A DNA stretch of 54,776 nt from Candidatus Eiseniibacteriota bacterium (GCA_035712245.1 DASTBC010000310.1:1-54776); one strand, 5' to 3'; shown: positions 26,576 to 36,155, counted from the first letter of the stretch. Notes: generated from the sequence alone by a model not told the origin. Numbers and translations are program-made.

Positions 26576-29047
26576 ATGGGTTGGGTACTCGCATTGCTCA
26601 TGGCACTCTCACCCCTACTGGGGCCGGGGCGCGCCATTGCGTCTCCTATAGTTCACGAACGCCAGGCGCAGCCACCTCCCGACTGGCGCCGAGCCATGAA
26701 GACACCACAGAGTGTTACAGCGCCGATACCTCAGCCCGGTGACGAGCTGTGGTGGAACGGGTTCTCGCTGCCTTCCCTGGATGGATGGGTAAACGCAATC
26801 GGGCAGTTTGAAGGGAAGATCGTTGTCGGGGGAAGATTCACGCAAGTTGGCGGTATTCAGGCGGGCAATATCGCGGCGTGGGACGGATATCGGTGGACGG
26901 CGCTAGCAACCGGTACGAATGACGACATCATGTGTATCGCAGTCTACCGCGGCGAGTTGATCGCCGGCGGTCGCTTCCAGCAGATCGATGGCGTTGAAGC
27001 GCGTGGCGTCGCGCGTTGGAACGGCGCCCGATGGTCACCACTCGGCACGGGCCTCTCCACGCCGAATTGGATGAACCCTGCCGTGAACGCGCTCTATGTG
27101 CAAGACGATCAGCTCTTGGCGACTGGCGAATTCACCATGGCGGGCGACTCGGTCGTGAACCACGTGGCCCAATGGGACGGTACTGTCTGGCGCCCGATCG
27201 GCAGCGGAGTGCCATTCCCCGGAAGCGCCGTGACCCGTTTCGGCGACCAGGTGTTCGTTGGGGGCGAGTTCAGCGTGGAGAATCCCGGTCCCGGGTTGGC
27301 CAAGTGGGACGGCGCGTCATGGCAGCCCATTGCGATGGAACCCCTGTCGAGCGGATACGTCGGGGTTCGCGCGTTCACGACGTTCCAGGATGGGCTCATC
27401 GTCGGCGGATACTTCGAAGGCGTGGCAGGTGTTCCGGCTCACAACGTCGCTCGATGGAACGGCTCTGGTTGGACACCGCATGGATCCGCGGGGCCGGACT
27501 ACGTCTACGCCTTGACCGCGCATGACGACACGCTGCGGGTCGCCGGCGTCAACGAGTACTACGAGGTGCTCGCCGTCCACAACTGGTCCGGATCCGAGTG
27601 GATCCAGCTTCCGGGTCTCTATGGTCAGGCCATGAGCCTTCTCTCGACCGATCAAGGTCTCGTGGCAGGAGGAGTCATTTCTGCTCGAACCGAGGATGCG
27701 CGGCGGTTCGCGACGGGCGTTGCGGCTTGGGATGGATCGAGCTGGTCGGGACTCCAGCAATGGACGGAGAACATGAATGGCCTCCAGTCCTGGTACGGTC
27801 TCCTTCCTGCGGTCTCTGCCCTTGCCATGTACAAGGACCACGTGCTCGCGGGGGGGTACTTCGATTACTGCGGAGATCCACCTGGATACGTCCGAGCCAA
27901 TGGAATCGCGTCCTGGGACGGAGATCGCTGGACACCATTCCCCTGGTACTCGTCCATCGACCCTCCTTCGACGTTCCACGTGGAGCAGGACACGTTGTAC
28001 GCGGGCGGGTACTTCGACAACTGGTTCGGCCCAGAGGCTCCCGTGCCTGTTTTCCGCTATGACGGGCTCAACTGGACTCCCTTGGACACACTCTCCCTCT
28101 TGGTAACCGGCATCGCGCGCTATCAGGGGGACCTCTACATTGCCGGGAGAAGGGTGTCACTGAGCCATCCCGCGTCCCAGGGGGTCTACAGGTGGAGTGG
28201 CACGCAGTGGGTTTCGATTGGACCGGTGTCTGGAGTGGATTACGCAGGGGTCTCCACGATGGCCGTCTTTCAGGACAAGCTCGTCGTGGGAGGAGAATTC
28301 GATCGCATCGCCACAGTGAATGCATCGGGAATCGCTTCGTGGGATGGAACCCGTTGGGTGCCCATGGGACCGGAAGTAACCGGAGGATCGGCATTGCCTG
28401 CGGTCGCGGATCTCGAAGTTCACCATGGTCAGCTCATCGCCGCATCAGACCGAGTGTTTCGCTTCGATGGAAGCCAGTGGTCGGACATGGGCTCGATCCG
28501 GGGCGTTTACAACCTCGGAAGCGTAGGAGGACAACTCTTTGGAGGCGGGTGGCCTCACCGGTCGGGGGGGCTGGCCACCAATGGGCCCGTGCGCTGGGAT
28601 GGGCTCGATTGGCAAGCGCTCGGGTCCGGCACGAACGGCCCGGTTCGTGTCTTTCTCGGCAACGGAGGGCACGTCTTCATGGGGGGAACGTTCACCCGAG
28701 CGGGCGGTGTCAGTTCCTTCGCCATCGCCCGATGGGACGGACTGTCGGAATCGGTCACACCAGGGACACCCGCAGCTCTGGTGAAGGCGGCTCCGAACCC
28801 ATTCCGTGAGTCCTTGTCATTCTCCCTGCAACTTCGGATTCCTGGTGACCTGCGCGTTGCCGTGTATGACCTTCATGGCCGTGAACTGGTGGTCCTAGCG
28901 GATGGACATTGGTCGGTGGGGAGCCATCCGATCGTGTGGGACGGACGTGATCGAAGAGGAGTTCGGGTTGGTTCGGGTATCTATTTCCTGAGCCTTCGGG
29001 GTCCGGGCGACAGGTCGCAGACTGTGAAAGTCGTTCGAATGAAGTAG
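26576..29047 (+). CDS. Secreted multi-blade beta-propeller repeat protein with FlgD-Ig/T9SS-type C-terminal domain
   Basis: Signal-like N-terminus. About 13 repeats of the pattern (A/V)xWDGxxWxxLGxG...GG.F with approx 50-aa period. C-terminus is ...APNPFRESLSFSLQL...LRVAVYDLHGRELVVLADG...GIYFLSLRG...VKVVRMK. Confidence 0.85.
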   Translation: MGWVLALLMALSPLLGPGRAIASPIVHERQAQPPPDWRRAMKTPQSVTAPIPQPGDELWWNGFSLPSLDGWVNAIGQFEGKIVVGGRFTQVGGIQAGNIAAWDGYRWTALATGTNDDIMCIAVYRGELIAGGRFQQIDGVEARGVARWNGARWSPLGTGLSTPNWMNPAVNALYVQDDQLLATGEFTMAGDSVVNHVAQWDGTVWRPIGSGVPFPGSAVTRFGDQVFVGGEFSVENPGPGLAKWDGASWQPIAMEPLSSGYVGVRAFTTFQDGLIVGGYFEGVAGVPAHNVARWNGSGWTPHGSAGPDYVYALTAHDDTLRVAGVNEYYEVLAVHNWSGSEWIQLPGLYGQAMSLLSTDQGLVAGGVISARTEDARRFATGVAAWDGSSWSGLQQWTENMNGLQSWYGLLPAVSALAMYKDHVLAGGYFDYCGDPPGYVRANGIASWDGDRWTPFPWYSSIDPPSTFHVEQDTLYAGGYFDNWFGPEAPVPVFRYDGLNWTPLDTLSLLVTGIARYQGDLYIAGRRVSLSHPASQGVYRWSGTQWVSIGPVSGVDYAGVSTMAVFQDKLVVGGEFDRIATVNASGIASWDGTRWVPMGPEVTGGSALPAVADLEVHHGQLIAASDRVFRFDGSQWSDMGSIRGVYNLGSVGGQLFGGGWPHRSGGLATNGPVRWDGLDWQALGSGTNGPVRVFLGNGGHVFMGGTFTRAGGVSSFAIARWDGLSESVTPGTPAALVKAAPNPFRESLSFSLQLRIPGDLRVAVYDLHGRELVVLADGHWSVGSHPIVWDGRDRRGVRVGSGIYFLSLRGPGDRSQTVKVVRMK
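26747..28745 (+). repeat. About 13 propeller-blade coding repeats (WDG-x2-W-x2-LG)
   Basis: AAWDGYRWTAL, ARWNGARWSPL, AQWDGTVWRPI, AKWDGASWQPI, ARWNGSGWTPH, AAWDGSSWSGL, ASWDGDRWTPF, YRWSGTQWVSI, ASWDGTRWVPM, VRWDGLDWQAL and others, read from the translation. Confidence 0.8.
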
Positions 29048-29115
29048 TACTCGGGAGAGAGGTCGCAGAGAAGGGAAGCTGGGAAGAGGCGCGCAGCGCC
29101 TGGCGGAGCTGAACC

Positions 29116-30900
29116 CTACCGAATCAGCACCATCTTCACGCGCGCTTCCGTCTTCGTGGCCGTTGCCGCGCGTGCGTAGTACGTGCCCGAAGGCGCCTCG
29201 TGCCCCTGATCGTCCCTGCCGTCCCACACCACGCGATGCGTCCCCGCGGGGAAGTGCGAATCGGTGATCGCGCGGACGAGCTGCCCGCGCGCGTTGTACA
29301 CGCGGACCGCGACGCGCCCGGCACGCTGCGTGGTGAAGGTGATCGACGTGCCCTCCTTGCGGAACGGGTTGGGCACGTTCTGGCGCAGCGTCAGCTCGGG
29401 AGCGGGACCCGGAGCGGCATTGGTATTGAGCTTCGGATAGGCGAAACCGCGGAACCGGCGGCCGGCCCCGTTCGAGTACGCCTCGAACTGGAGCGGAACG
29501 TTCCTTCCCGCGTAGCCATGCGAGCGGAGCAGCGCTTCCACCTCGGCCCGGTCCCACGAGACGTCGATCGCGTGCTTCCCCGCGATGCGCCGGTCGGTGA
29601 AGACCGGGAAGACGTTCCCCGTCGCCGCATCCCCGATCGGCAGCAGATCCTCGAGCGTGGGGCTCGGCACGAAGTTGAGACGAAGGCGCACGCCCTCGAG
29701 CGGCCCGTCGAACGACGAGCACTGGTATCCCGCCGCGATCGTCTCGTCGGGGAAGCTGAGCGTGACGGTCATCTTTCCGGCCGAGGAGCCCGGCTTGTTG
29801 GGCTGGACCTGGACGGTCATGGGAAGCGGGGTGACGCAGTTGTAGATGTGCTGCCCCCGCCAGACATGGGGCCCGTTCTGCATGGACGTGAAGAGGAAGT
29901 AGTTGAACGGGATTCCCTCGGGCGTCTGGTGCACGTACGAGGACACGTCCGGGTCGGAGTCCGCGGTGAGATCGTCCACCGCGATCGAGCACTTGGCCTT
30001 GGTCTCGAGGTGGAGCATCCAGATGTCCGGGAGCTCGTTCTCGTTCTCCGCCTTGGGGGCGTGGTAGTAGATCACCTTGCCGTCGCTCGACCAGTCCGGC
30101 GAGCCATGGAACACGGGCGCCGGGTTCAGCTCCGCAAGCGTGATGACGTGCGGAGAAGGCGTACCGAGCTCCGCGATGGCGATGCAGGGCGGACCGAACA
30201 TGTTCGTCATGAACGCGATCCGGCTCCCGTCGGGGTTGAACGCCGGAGCCTGCTCCGCGAACCGGTCGTCGAACGTGCGCCGCGTGGGCGTGCCCACGGC
30301 CGGGAACACCTCGATCGTGTACAGGTCGAGGCTCAGCCCCGAGGCGCTCGATTCGAACACGAGGCTTCGGCCGTCCGGGCTCCAGTCGGGCCGGCGAAGA
30401 CTCACGGCAGGGTCTCCCGGAACGACCAGGATCCGGTCTCCGACCGGCGTGGCGGCCTCCGCGATGTCGTCGGAGATCGCGTACTCCTGCACGTAGATGG
30501 CCGGACTCAGACCGAAGAAGTTGGTCTCCACGTACGCGAGGAAGCGCCCGTCCATGCTCCACGCCGGATCGAGGTAGGACACCATGCCGGTGGGATCCCG
30601 GAGCATGGGGACCCGCGCCTCGTTCAAGGGCATGTTCACCCCCGCGCGCGCGACGTTCCGGTGGAGCCAGATCTCGCGGGTCCCTTCCCTGCGGGGAACC
30701 GGGCTGCGCGTGGTGAAGCAGAAGTAGCGCTCCACTCCGTCGGTTGCCGGGAGCGGACGCCAGGTCCCGGTCTCACACCGGTTGTAGATCTGGCTGTCGA
30801 TGGTGATGGGGTCGAACGAGCCGCGGAATCCGGCATCGGCCGGAGACGGCGCGAGAATCGAGAGGAGTCCGAGAGTTACGAGAGCGCGGATGCGGAACAC
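29116..30900 (-). CDS. Secreted TolB-like (PD40/WD40-like beta-propeller) protein with FlgD-Ig/T9SS-type C-terminal domain
   Basis: GTG at 30900 directly after AAGGAGGAGG gives signal peptide (M)FRIRALVTLGLLSILAPSPADA (alternative ATG at 30939). PD40-like repeats: AWSMDGRFLAY, DWSPDGRSLVF, AFNPDGSRIAF, DWSSDGKVIYY. C-terminus (approx 29119-29394) is ...VPNPFRKEGTSITF...VAVRVYNARGQLVRAITD...GTYYARA...VKMVLIR. Confidence 0.85.
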   Translation of the reverse strand: MFRIRALVTLGLLSILAPSPADAGFRGSFDPITIDSQIYNRCETGTWRPLPATDGVERYFCFTTRSPVPRREGTREIWLHRNVARAGVNMPLNEARVPMLRDPTGMVSYLDPAWSMDGRFLAYVETNFFGLSPAIYVQEYAISDDIAEAATPVGDRILVVPGDPAVSLRRPDWSPDGRSLVFESSASGLSLDLYTIEVFPAVGTPTRRTFDDRFAEQAPAFNPDGSRIAFMTNMFGPPCIAIAELGTPSPHVITLAELNPAPVFHGSPDWSSDGKVIYYHAPKAENENELPDIWMLHLETKAKCSIAVDDLTADSDPDVSSYVHQTPEGIPFNYFLFTSMQNGPHVWRGQHIYNCVTPLPMTVQVQPNKPGSSAGKMTVTLSFPDETIAAGYQCSSFDGPLEGVRLRLNFVPSPTLEDLLPIGDAATGNVFPVFTDRRIAGKHAIDVSWDRAEVEALLRSHGYAGRNVPLQFEAYSNGAGRRFRGFAYPKLNTNAAPGPAPELTLRQNVPNPFRKEGTSITFTTQRAGRVAVRVYNARGQLVRAITDSHFPAGTHRVVWDGRDDQGHEAPSGTYYARAATATKTEARVKMVLIR

Positions 30901-31059
30901 GCCTCCTCCTTGCCGGGAACGACCAGGGGACACTATCACAAACGTGCGGCAAGATCAATGGAAGCGTCTGGGAACACAGCGGAAAACGCGCTATACTGAT
31001 AGGTCCGAGTTCGGCTGGTTGTTCGCGGACCGTCGCACCCCCTCGAGGGCCGTGTCCTC

Positions 31060-34000
31060 ATGACCTCGGACCCCGGACAGATCTCCCATTATCGCATCGA
31101 GTCCGTCCTCGGCCAGGGCGGGATGGGAGTGGTCTACCTCGCCGAGGACCTGCTCCTGCGCCGCCGCGTCGCGCTCAAGTTCCTCACCCCGAGCCTCTCG
31201 CGCGACGCCGACGCCCGGCGCCGCCTCCTCAACGAAGGGAGAGCCGCGGCGACGCTCGGCCATCCCAACGCCGCGGTCCTCTACGAAGTCGGAGCGGACG
31301 GGGACGACCTCTTCCTCGCCATGGAGTACGTGCCCGGCGTGACGCTGAAGGAGCACGCCGCCGAGGGCGCGCTTCCCTGGGTCGAGGTCGTGGACGTCGC
31401 GCTCGGCATGCTGGCCGCGCTGCGTGAGGCCCACGCGAAGGGGATCGTCCACCGCGACATCAAGCCCCAGAACGTCCGGCGCACGCCGGACGGACGGATC
31501 AAGGTGCTGGACTTCGGGCTGGCGAAGGTCCTGGGCGGGAGCACCATCACGCGCGAGGGCTCCCTCCTGGGCACGGTCGCGTACATGTCGCCGCAGCAGG
31601 TCGTCGGCGAGGAGGTGGACGGCCGCACGGATCTGTACTCGACGGGAGTCGTGCTCTACGAGCTCCTCACCGGCCGCGCTCCGTTCACGGGCGATCAGGA
31701 GGTCGCGGTCGCTCACGCGATCCTCCACGAGGATCCAATCACGGTCCGCGAGCTCAATCCGGAGGTTCCCGCCGAGCTCGAGCACATCGTCTTCAAGGCC
31801 ATGATGAAGCGTGTCGCCTCGCGCTATCAGACGGCGGAGGAGATGGCCGAGGACCTGATGCGGTTTCGGGAGCACGACCGCCGGCGCCGCGCCGGGATCC
31901 ACGAGGAGCTGGATCTCCTCGCCACGCAGGAGGTGTACGCGGTCCGGCGCGAGCGGTTCCTGGCGCCGCTCGTCGGGCGCGACTCGGAGATCCAGAGACT
32001 CCGCGGATTCCTGCGGGAGGCCCGATCGGGCGAGGGCATGGCGGTGTGCCTCGCGGGCGAGGCGGGCGTTGGAAAGACGCGGCTGCTCCATGAGCTGCAG
32101 CAGGCCTGCCGGCGCGAGGGGGCGCGCGTTCTCGTCACGCCGTGCCTCTTCGGCGGCACGACGAGCTCCTACTTCCCGTTCGCGGAAGCGTTCCGTCACT
32201 ACTTCTCGCTCCGCGGCGTCACCGGCGCGGCGGCGCTCCAGAGCTTCCTCTTCGACCGCGCGCCCCGCCTCGCGGGATCGCTCCCCGTCCTGAACCGGTT
32301 CCTCCGGTTCACGTTCGCCTCCAACGGGCCCGCGAGCGAGGAGGAGCTGTGGGAAGTGCTGGATCAGCTCGTCACGTTCATCGCCGAGGAGCGCCCGCTC
32401 GTCCTCGTGGTCGAGGACCTCCAGTGGGGGGACGACGCGTCGATCCGTCTCTTCCACTTCCTCGCGCAGCGGGTCGCTCGCCGCCGGTTGCTCCTGGTCG
32501 GGAGCTACCGCCCCGAGGAGATCCACGCCGAGCCGGGAGCGAGGCCGCATCCGCTGCCCGCGATGCTCCGGATGCTGGGACGCGAGGAGCGATTCGAGCG
32601 CATCGAGCTCGGCCGTCTCCGCCGCGAGCACGTGAGGGAGATCCTGGATCGCCTCTATCCGGCGCACGAGTGGGGCGAGGACTTCCCCTCGCTGCTCTTC
32701 CGGGAGACGGAGGGGAATCCCTTCTTCATGGTGGAGATCCTGAAACTGCTCGCCGGCGAGAAGGTGCTCGAGGAGCGCGACGGCCGCTGGGCGCTTCGCA
32801 CCACGGTGGACCGGATCTCGATCCCGGAGAAGGTCTTCGACGTCGTGATGCAGCGGCTGGGCCGCCTCGGCCCGCGCGAGCGCGAGATCTTGGAGCTGGG
32901 CGCGGTGGAAGGGGACGTCTTCCACTCGGGAACGATCCTGCGCGGGCTCCGCATCGAGCGGATGGCGCTCCTGAAGACGCTCCAGTTCCTGGAGCAGATC
33001 CACCACCTGATCCACGCGGCGGGTCCGCAGTACCACTTCGACCACTCGAAGATCCGGGAGATCCTCTACGAGAGCATCCCGCCGGAGCTGCGGATCGAGT
33101 ACCACACCGTCGTGGGGCAGTTCCTGCGCGAGAGCTTCGGGGAGTCGGAGGAGTACGCGGGGATCATCGCGCACAACCTGCTCGCGGCGGGACTTCGCGA
33201 GGAGGCGATCCCGTTCCTGACCCGGGCGGCCGCGATGGCTTCGAGGCTCTTCGCGCACGCCGACGCGATCCACTACCTGGACCAGGCCGAGCGCGTGCTC
33301 CACGAGCTCTACCCGCAGAGCCCGCCGCTCGAGCGCGTGCGCGAGCTCTGCGAGATCCGCGAGCGTCGCGGGGACGAGGAGTACGCGAGCGGCCACTACC
33401 GGGAGTCCCTCGCGAGCTACGAGCTCGCGCTCTCGCTCGACGCGGCGACCGGCGATCCCGTGCGCGCGGCCTCCCTCACCAAGGCCGTCGGCCGCATCCA
33501 GTACCTGCTCGGACGCACGGCCGAGTCGCAGCGCTCCTACGACAAGGCGATCGCCGACTACACGGAGATCGAGGCGCGCGCGCGCGCGGCGGACGATGTC
33601 GAGCAGCTCGCGGGCGCCTGCCGCGAGCTCGGCAAGCTCCATTTCTTCCGTGGCGACCCGGAACGCTCCCGCCGGTACATCGAAGAGACCATCGCGCTCG
33701 CCGACCGGATCGGAGCGCCCCGGATGAAGTCGGCGGCGCTCAACAATCTCGCGGGGATCCACTACCAGCGGGGCGCGCTCGAGGAGGCGCTGGCGGCCCA
33801 TCGCGCGTCGCTCGCGATCCGCCGCGAGACGCGGGACCCCGGCGAGATGGCGCAGACGCACAAGAACCTCGGCATCACGCACTACCGGCTGGGGGAGCTG
33901 ACGGACGCCGAATCGCATCTCGAGGAGGCGCTGGGTCTCTATCGCAAGACCATGGACCGGCGAGGCGAGGCGGTCACGCTCCGCCACCTCGGAAACGTCT

Positions 34001-35049
34001 TCTACGAGCGCGGAGATCACGTGGGCGCGCAGCGGCACTGGGAGGCATCGCTCTCGCTCTGCCGCGAGCTCGGAAATCACGACGACCTCTGCCGGTGCCT
34101 CAACAATCTCGGGGTCCTCCACTTCGAGCGGGGCCACTACGCGAGCGCGCTCCGGCTCTACCAGGACGCGCTCGAGACGTCGGCCGCGATCGGCTCGAAG
34201 GACTCGATGGTGCCGGTCTACGTGAACCTGGCCGAGCTCCACCTGAGTCTCGACCAGCTCGCGCGCGCGGAGGAGAATCTGGGACGGGCCGAGGAGCTGG
34301 CGCGCTCGATGGGCATGACGCCGGCGCTCTGCGAGGTTCACGCGCTCCGGGGAATGCTCCTCGCGGAGCGCGGATCGCTCGAAACCGCCCGCCGCGAGGT
34401 CGAGCGCGCCTCCGAAGCGGCCGAGCCGACGGGGCACGTCGAGAATCTGGTGCGCGCGCTCCTCGCCCAATCCACGGTGTCGATCGCGTCGGGAGAGTAC
34501 GGGGAGGCGCGCCGCCTCGCGCACCAGGCGCGCGACCTCGCCCGATGGTCCCGCATGCTCCACTTCGAGCTGCGCGCGGCCTTCGAGGTCGCGCGGGCGT
34601 GCTGGAAGGAAGGGGCCACGTGGGACGCGGCGCGCGAGCTGCGGGAGCTCGTTCCGCGCTCCGAGGAGGGCGGATTCCGCCCGCTCGCCGCGCGCTCCCG
34701 CGACCTGCTCGGGAGAATTCTCTGGGAAACCGGGGACCGGGAGGGCGCGGCGTTCGAGTTCGTCCGCGCGGCCGACCAGATGAAGGAGATCATCGCGACG
34801 CTCTCCGAGGACGACCTGCGCTCGTTCGTGCACCATCCCGAGTGGAAGGCGGCGATCGGAAACCTGCTCGACGCGCTGATGCGGCTTGGACGGAGGGACG
34901 AGGCCCTGGGGTATCTGGTTCCGCTCGGCGTGGGGAGCTGCGAGATCGGCGTCGCCCAGTCAGCGCCCGCGGGGCCGGATGCCCGTTGGGACGAGACGCG
35001 CGTGGACGCCGGCGTCGCGGGCGGCGTGCCGGAAGGGACGGACTCGTGA
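31060..35049 (+). CDS. Ser/Thr protein kinase fused to AAA_16/STAND-type ATPase and long TPR array (1329 aa); first gene of the coupled kinase-adaptor-protease operon
   Basis: Hanks motifs GQGGMGVVY, ALK, HRDIKPQNV, DFGLAK, YMSPQQ. P-loop LAGEAGVGKT with ...LVLVVEDLQWGD... Many TPR_12-like repeats (...NNLAGIHYQRGALEEAL..., ...KNLGITHYRLGELTDAE..., ...NNLGVLHFERGHYASAL...). Confidence 0.9.
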   Translation: MTSDPGQISHYRIESVLGQGGMGVVYLAEDLLLRRRVALKFLTPSLSRDADARRRLLNEGRAAATLGHPNAAVLYEVGADGDDLFLAMEYVPGVTLKEHAAEGALPWVEVVDVALGMLAALREAHAKGIVHRDIKPQNVRRTPDGRIKVLDFGLAKVLGGSTITREGSLLGTVAYMSPQQVVGEEVDGRTDLYSTGVVLYELLTGRAPFTGDQEVAVAHAILHEDPITVRELNPEVPAELEHIVFKAMMKRVASRYQTAEEMAEDLMRFREHDRRRRAGIHEELDLLATQEVYAVRRERFLAPLVGRDSEIQRLRGFLREARSGEGMAVCLAGEAGVGKTRLLHELQQACRREGARVLVTPCLFGGTTSSYFPFAEAFRHYFSLRGVTGAAALQSFLFDRAPRLAGSLPVLNRFLRFTFASNGPASEEELWEVLDQLVTFIAEERPLVLVVEDLQWGDDASIRLFHFLAQRVARRRLLLVGSYRPEEIHAEPGARPHPLPAMLRMLGREERFERIELGRLRREHVREILDRLYPAHEWGEDFPSLLFRETEGNPFFMVEILKLLAGEKVLEERDGRWALRTTVDRISIPEKVFDVVMQRLGRLGPREREILELGAVEGDVFHSGTILRGLRIERMALLKTLQFLEQIHHLIHAAGPQYHFDHSKIREILYESIPPELRIEYHTVVGQFLRESFGESEEYAGIIAHNLLAAGLREEAIPFLTRAAAMASRLFAHADAIHYLDQAERVLHELYPQSPPLERVRELCEIRERRGDEEYASGHYRESLASYELALSLDAATGDPVRAASLTKAVGRIQYLLGRTAESQRSYDKAIADYTEIEARARAADDVEQLAGACRELGKLHFFRGDPERSRRYIEETIALADRIGAPRMKSAALNNLAGIHYQRGALEEALAAHRASLAIRRETRDPGEMAQTHKNLGITHYRLGELTDAESHLEEALGLYRKTMDRRGEAVTLRHLGNVFYERGDHVGAQRHWEASLSLCRELGNHDDLCRCLNNLGVLHFERGHYASALRLYQDALETSAAIGSKDSMVPVYVNLAELHLSLDQLARAEENLGRAEELARSMGMTPALCEVHALRGMLLAERGSLETARREVERASEAAEPTGHVENLVRALLAQSTVSIASGEYGEARRLAHQARDLARWSRMLHFELRAAFEVARACWKEGATWDAARELRELVPRSEEGGFRPLAARSRDLLGRILWETGDREGAAFEFVRAADQMKEIIATLSEDDLRSFVHHPEWKAAIGNLLDALMRLGRRDEALGYLVPLGVGSCEIGVAQSAPAGPDARWDETRVDAGVAGGVPEGTDS

Positions 35050-36155
35050 GCGCATCCCCTGCGGGCAAGGCCTCGCGAGCCTGCGCTCGAGGGACGGCTC
35101 TGGCGCTGCTGGCGCTCCTGGCCCTCCTGGGATCGGGATGCTCGGGAAAGGACGCTTCGGTTCCGGCGGCCTCGGCCGGAGGGGCAGGCGCGGCGGGCGC
35201 CCGGTCCGCCGGTTCGGTCGCGAAGGTGCACGTGGCGCCCGCGCGTCCCGCGCAGGGGAACGAGACCTCGTTCCAGACGTTCCTCGAGGCCGAGCGCGAG
35301 GCCGAGCTGGTCGCCGAGACCGACGGAGAGATCGTCGCTCTTCGCGTGCGCGAGGGCCAGCGCGTCCGGGAGGGGGACACGCTCCTCGTGATCGACGACC
35401 GGGACGAGAGGCTCGCGCTCCGCCGCGACCAGGCCGAGCTCGCCTGGTCCCGTTCCCAGGTGGAGCGGACGCAGCGCCTCAGCAAGGACGGGCACGTGAG
35501 CGTGACGGAGGTCGAGCAGGCGAAGCTCCAGCTCGACAAGGCGGAGGCCGCGGTCGGCATCTCCCAGGTCGCGCTCTCGCGGTGCGCCGTCCGCGCCCCG
35601 ATCGCGGGCCTCGTGTGGATGGTGCGCGCCGAGCCGCACCATCGAGTCTCGGTGGGACAGCCCCTCCTGCGCGTCACGAACCCGGATCGTCTCCGCGCGT
35701 CGGCCTATCTGCCGGCCTCGATGCGCGGACGCGTTCGCGCGGGCTCGCGGGTGCGCCTCGAGCCCGCGCGGGGAGGCGAGGCGATCGAGGCGGAGGTGAG
35801 CCGCGTCGATCCTCTGACCGATCCCGCGAGCGGCACCTTCAAGGCGGTGGCGCGCTTCCGGCGGCTCCCGTCCCATCCGGAGGCGGGCTCCGAGGTGCGG
35901 TTCGTCGTGCCCGGCCCGGCCGACGAGGCCGCCCTGCTCCTCCCGATGAACACCATCCTCCTCGCCGACGGGGATTCCACCTGGGTCTGGCGGTGCGACG
36001 GCGACCGCGTCCGGCGATCGCCCGTCCTCCTCGGTCCGACGCGAAGGGACGGATTCGAGATCGTGTCCGGACTCCCGAGCGGCGCGCGCGTCGTGACGGG
36101 GAGCGATCGACCGCTCCGGGACGGCGCCGTCGTGGAGGTCGTGGACGCGCGGTGA
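35046..36155 (+). CDS. HlyD/RND-type periplasmic adaptor (membrane-fusion protein), probable lipoprotein
   Basis: GTG at 35046 overlaps the kinase TGA (GTGA). Signal ...ALALLALLALLGSG-C. Lipoyl-like ...AETDGEIVALRVREGQRVREGDTLLVIDD..., coiled-coil segment, ...VRAPIAGLVW..., then beta-barrel and MP-like C-terminus. Confidence 0.85.
   Translation: MSASPAGKASRACARGTALALLALLALLGSGCSGKDASVPAASAGGAGAAGARSAGSVAKVHVAPARPAQGNETSFQTFLEAEREAELVAETDGEIVALRVREGQRVREGDTLLVIDDRDERLALRRDQAELAWSRSQVERTQRLSKDGHVSVTEVEQAKLQLDKAEAAVGISQVALSRCAVRAPIAGLVWMVRAEPHHRVSVGQPLLRVTNPDRLRASAYLPASMRGRVRAGSRVRLEPARGGEAIEAEVSRVDPLTDPASGTFKAVARFRRLPSHPEAGSEVRFVVPGPADEAALLLPMNTILLADGDSTWVWRCDGDRVRRSPVLLGPTRRDGFEIVSGLPSGARVVTGSDRPLRDGAVVEVVDAR

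Noticed and set aside
31013-31026. GGCTG-GTTGT-TCGC, a GG-N10-GC motif 34 nt upstream of the kinase-2 ATG (possible third sigma-54 promoter)
   Set aside because: Only the GG/GC dinucleotides and their spacing fit. Both hexamers deviate (CGGCTG, TCGC) and there is no homology to the two peptide promoters. It is kept as a weak possibility only.
30940-31059. TATACT boxes at about 30992 (and about 26540) as -10 elements of divergent promoters
   Set aside because: No acceptable -35 lies at 16-18-nt spacing (the best is TGGGAA). The region is plausibly a promoter region, but the element cannot be pinned down from sequence alone.
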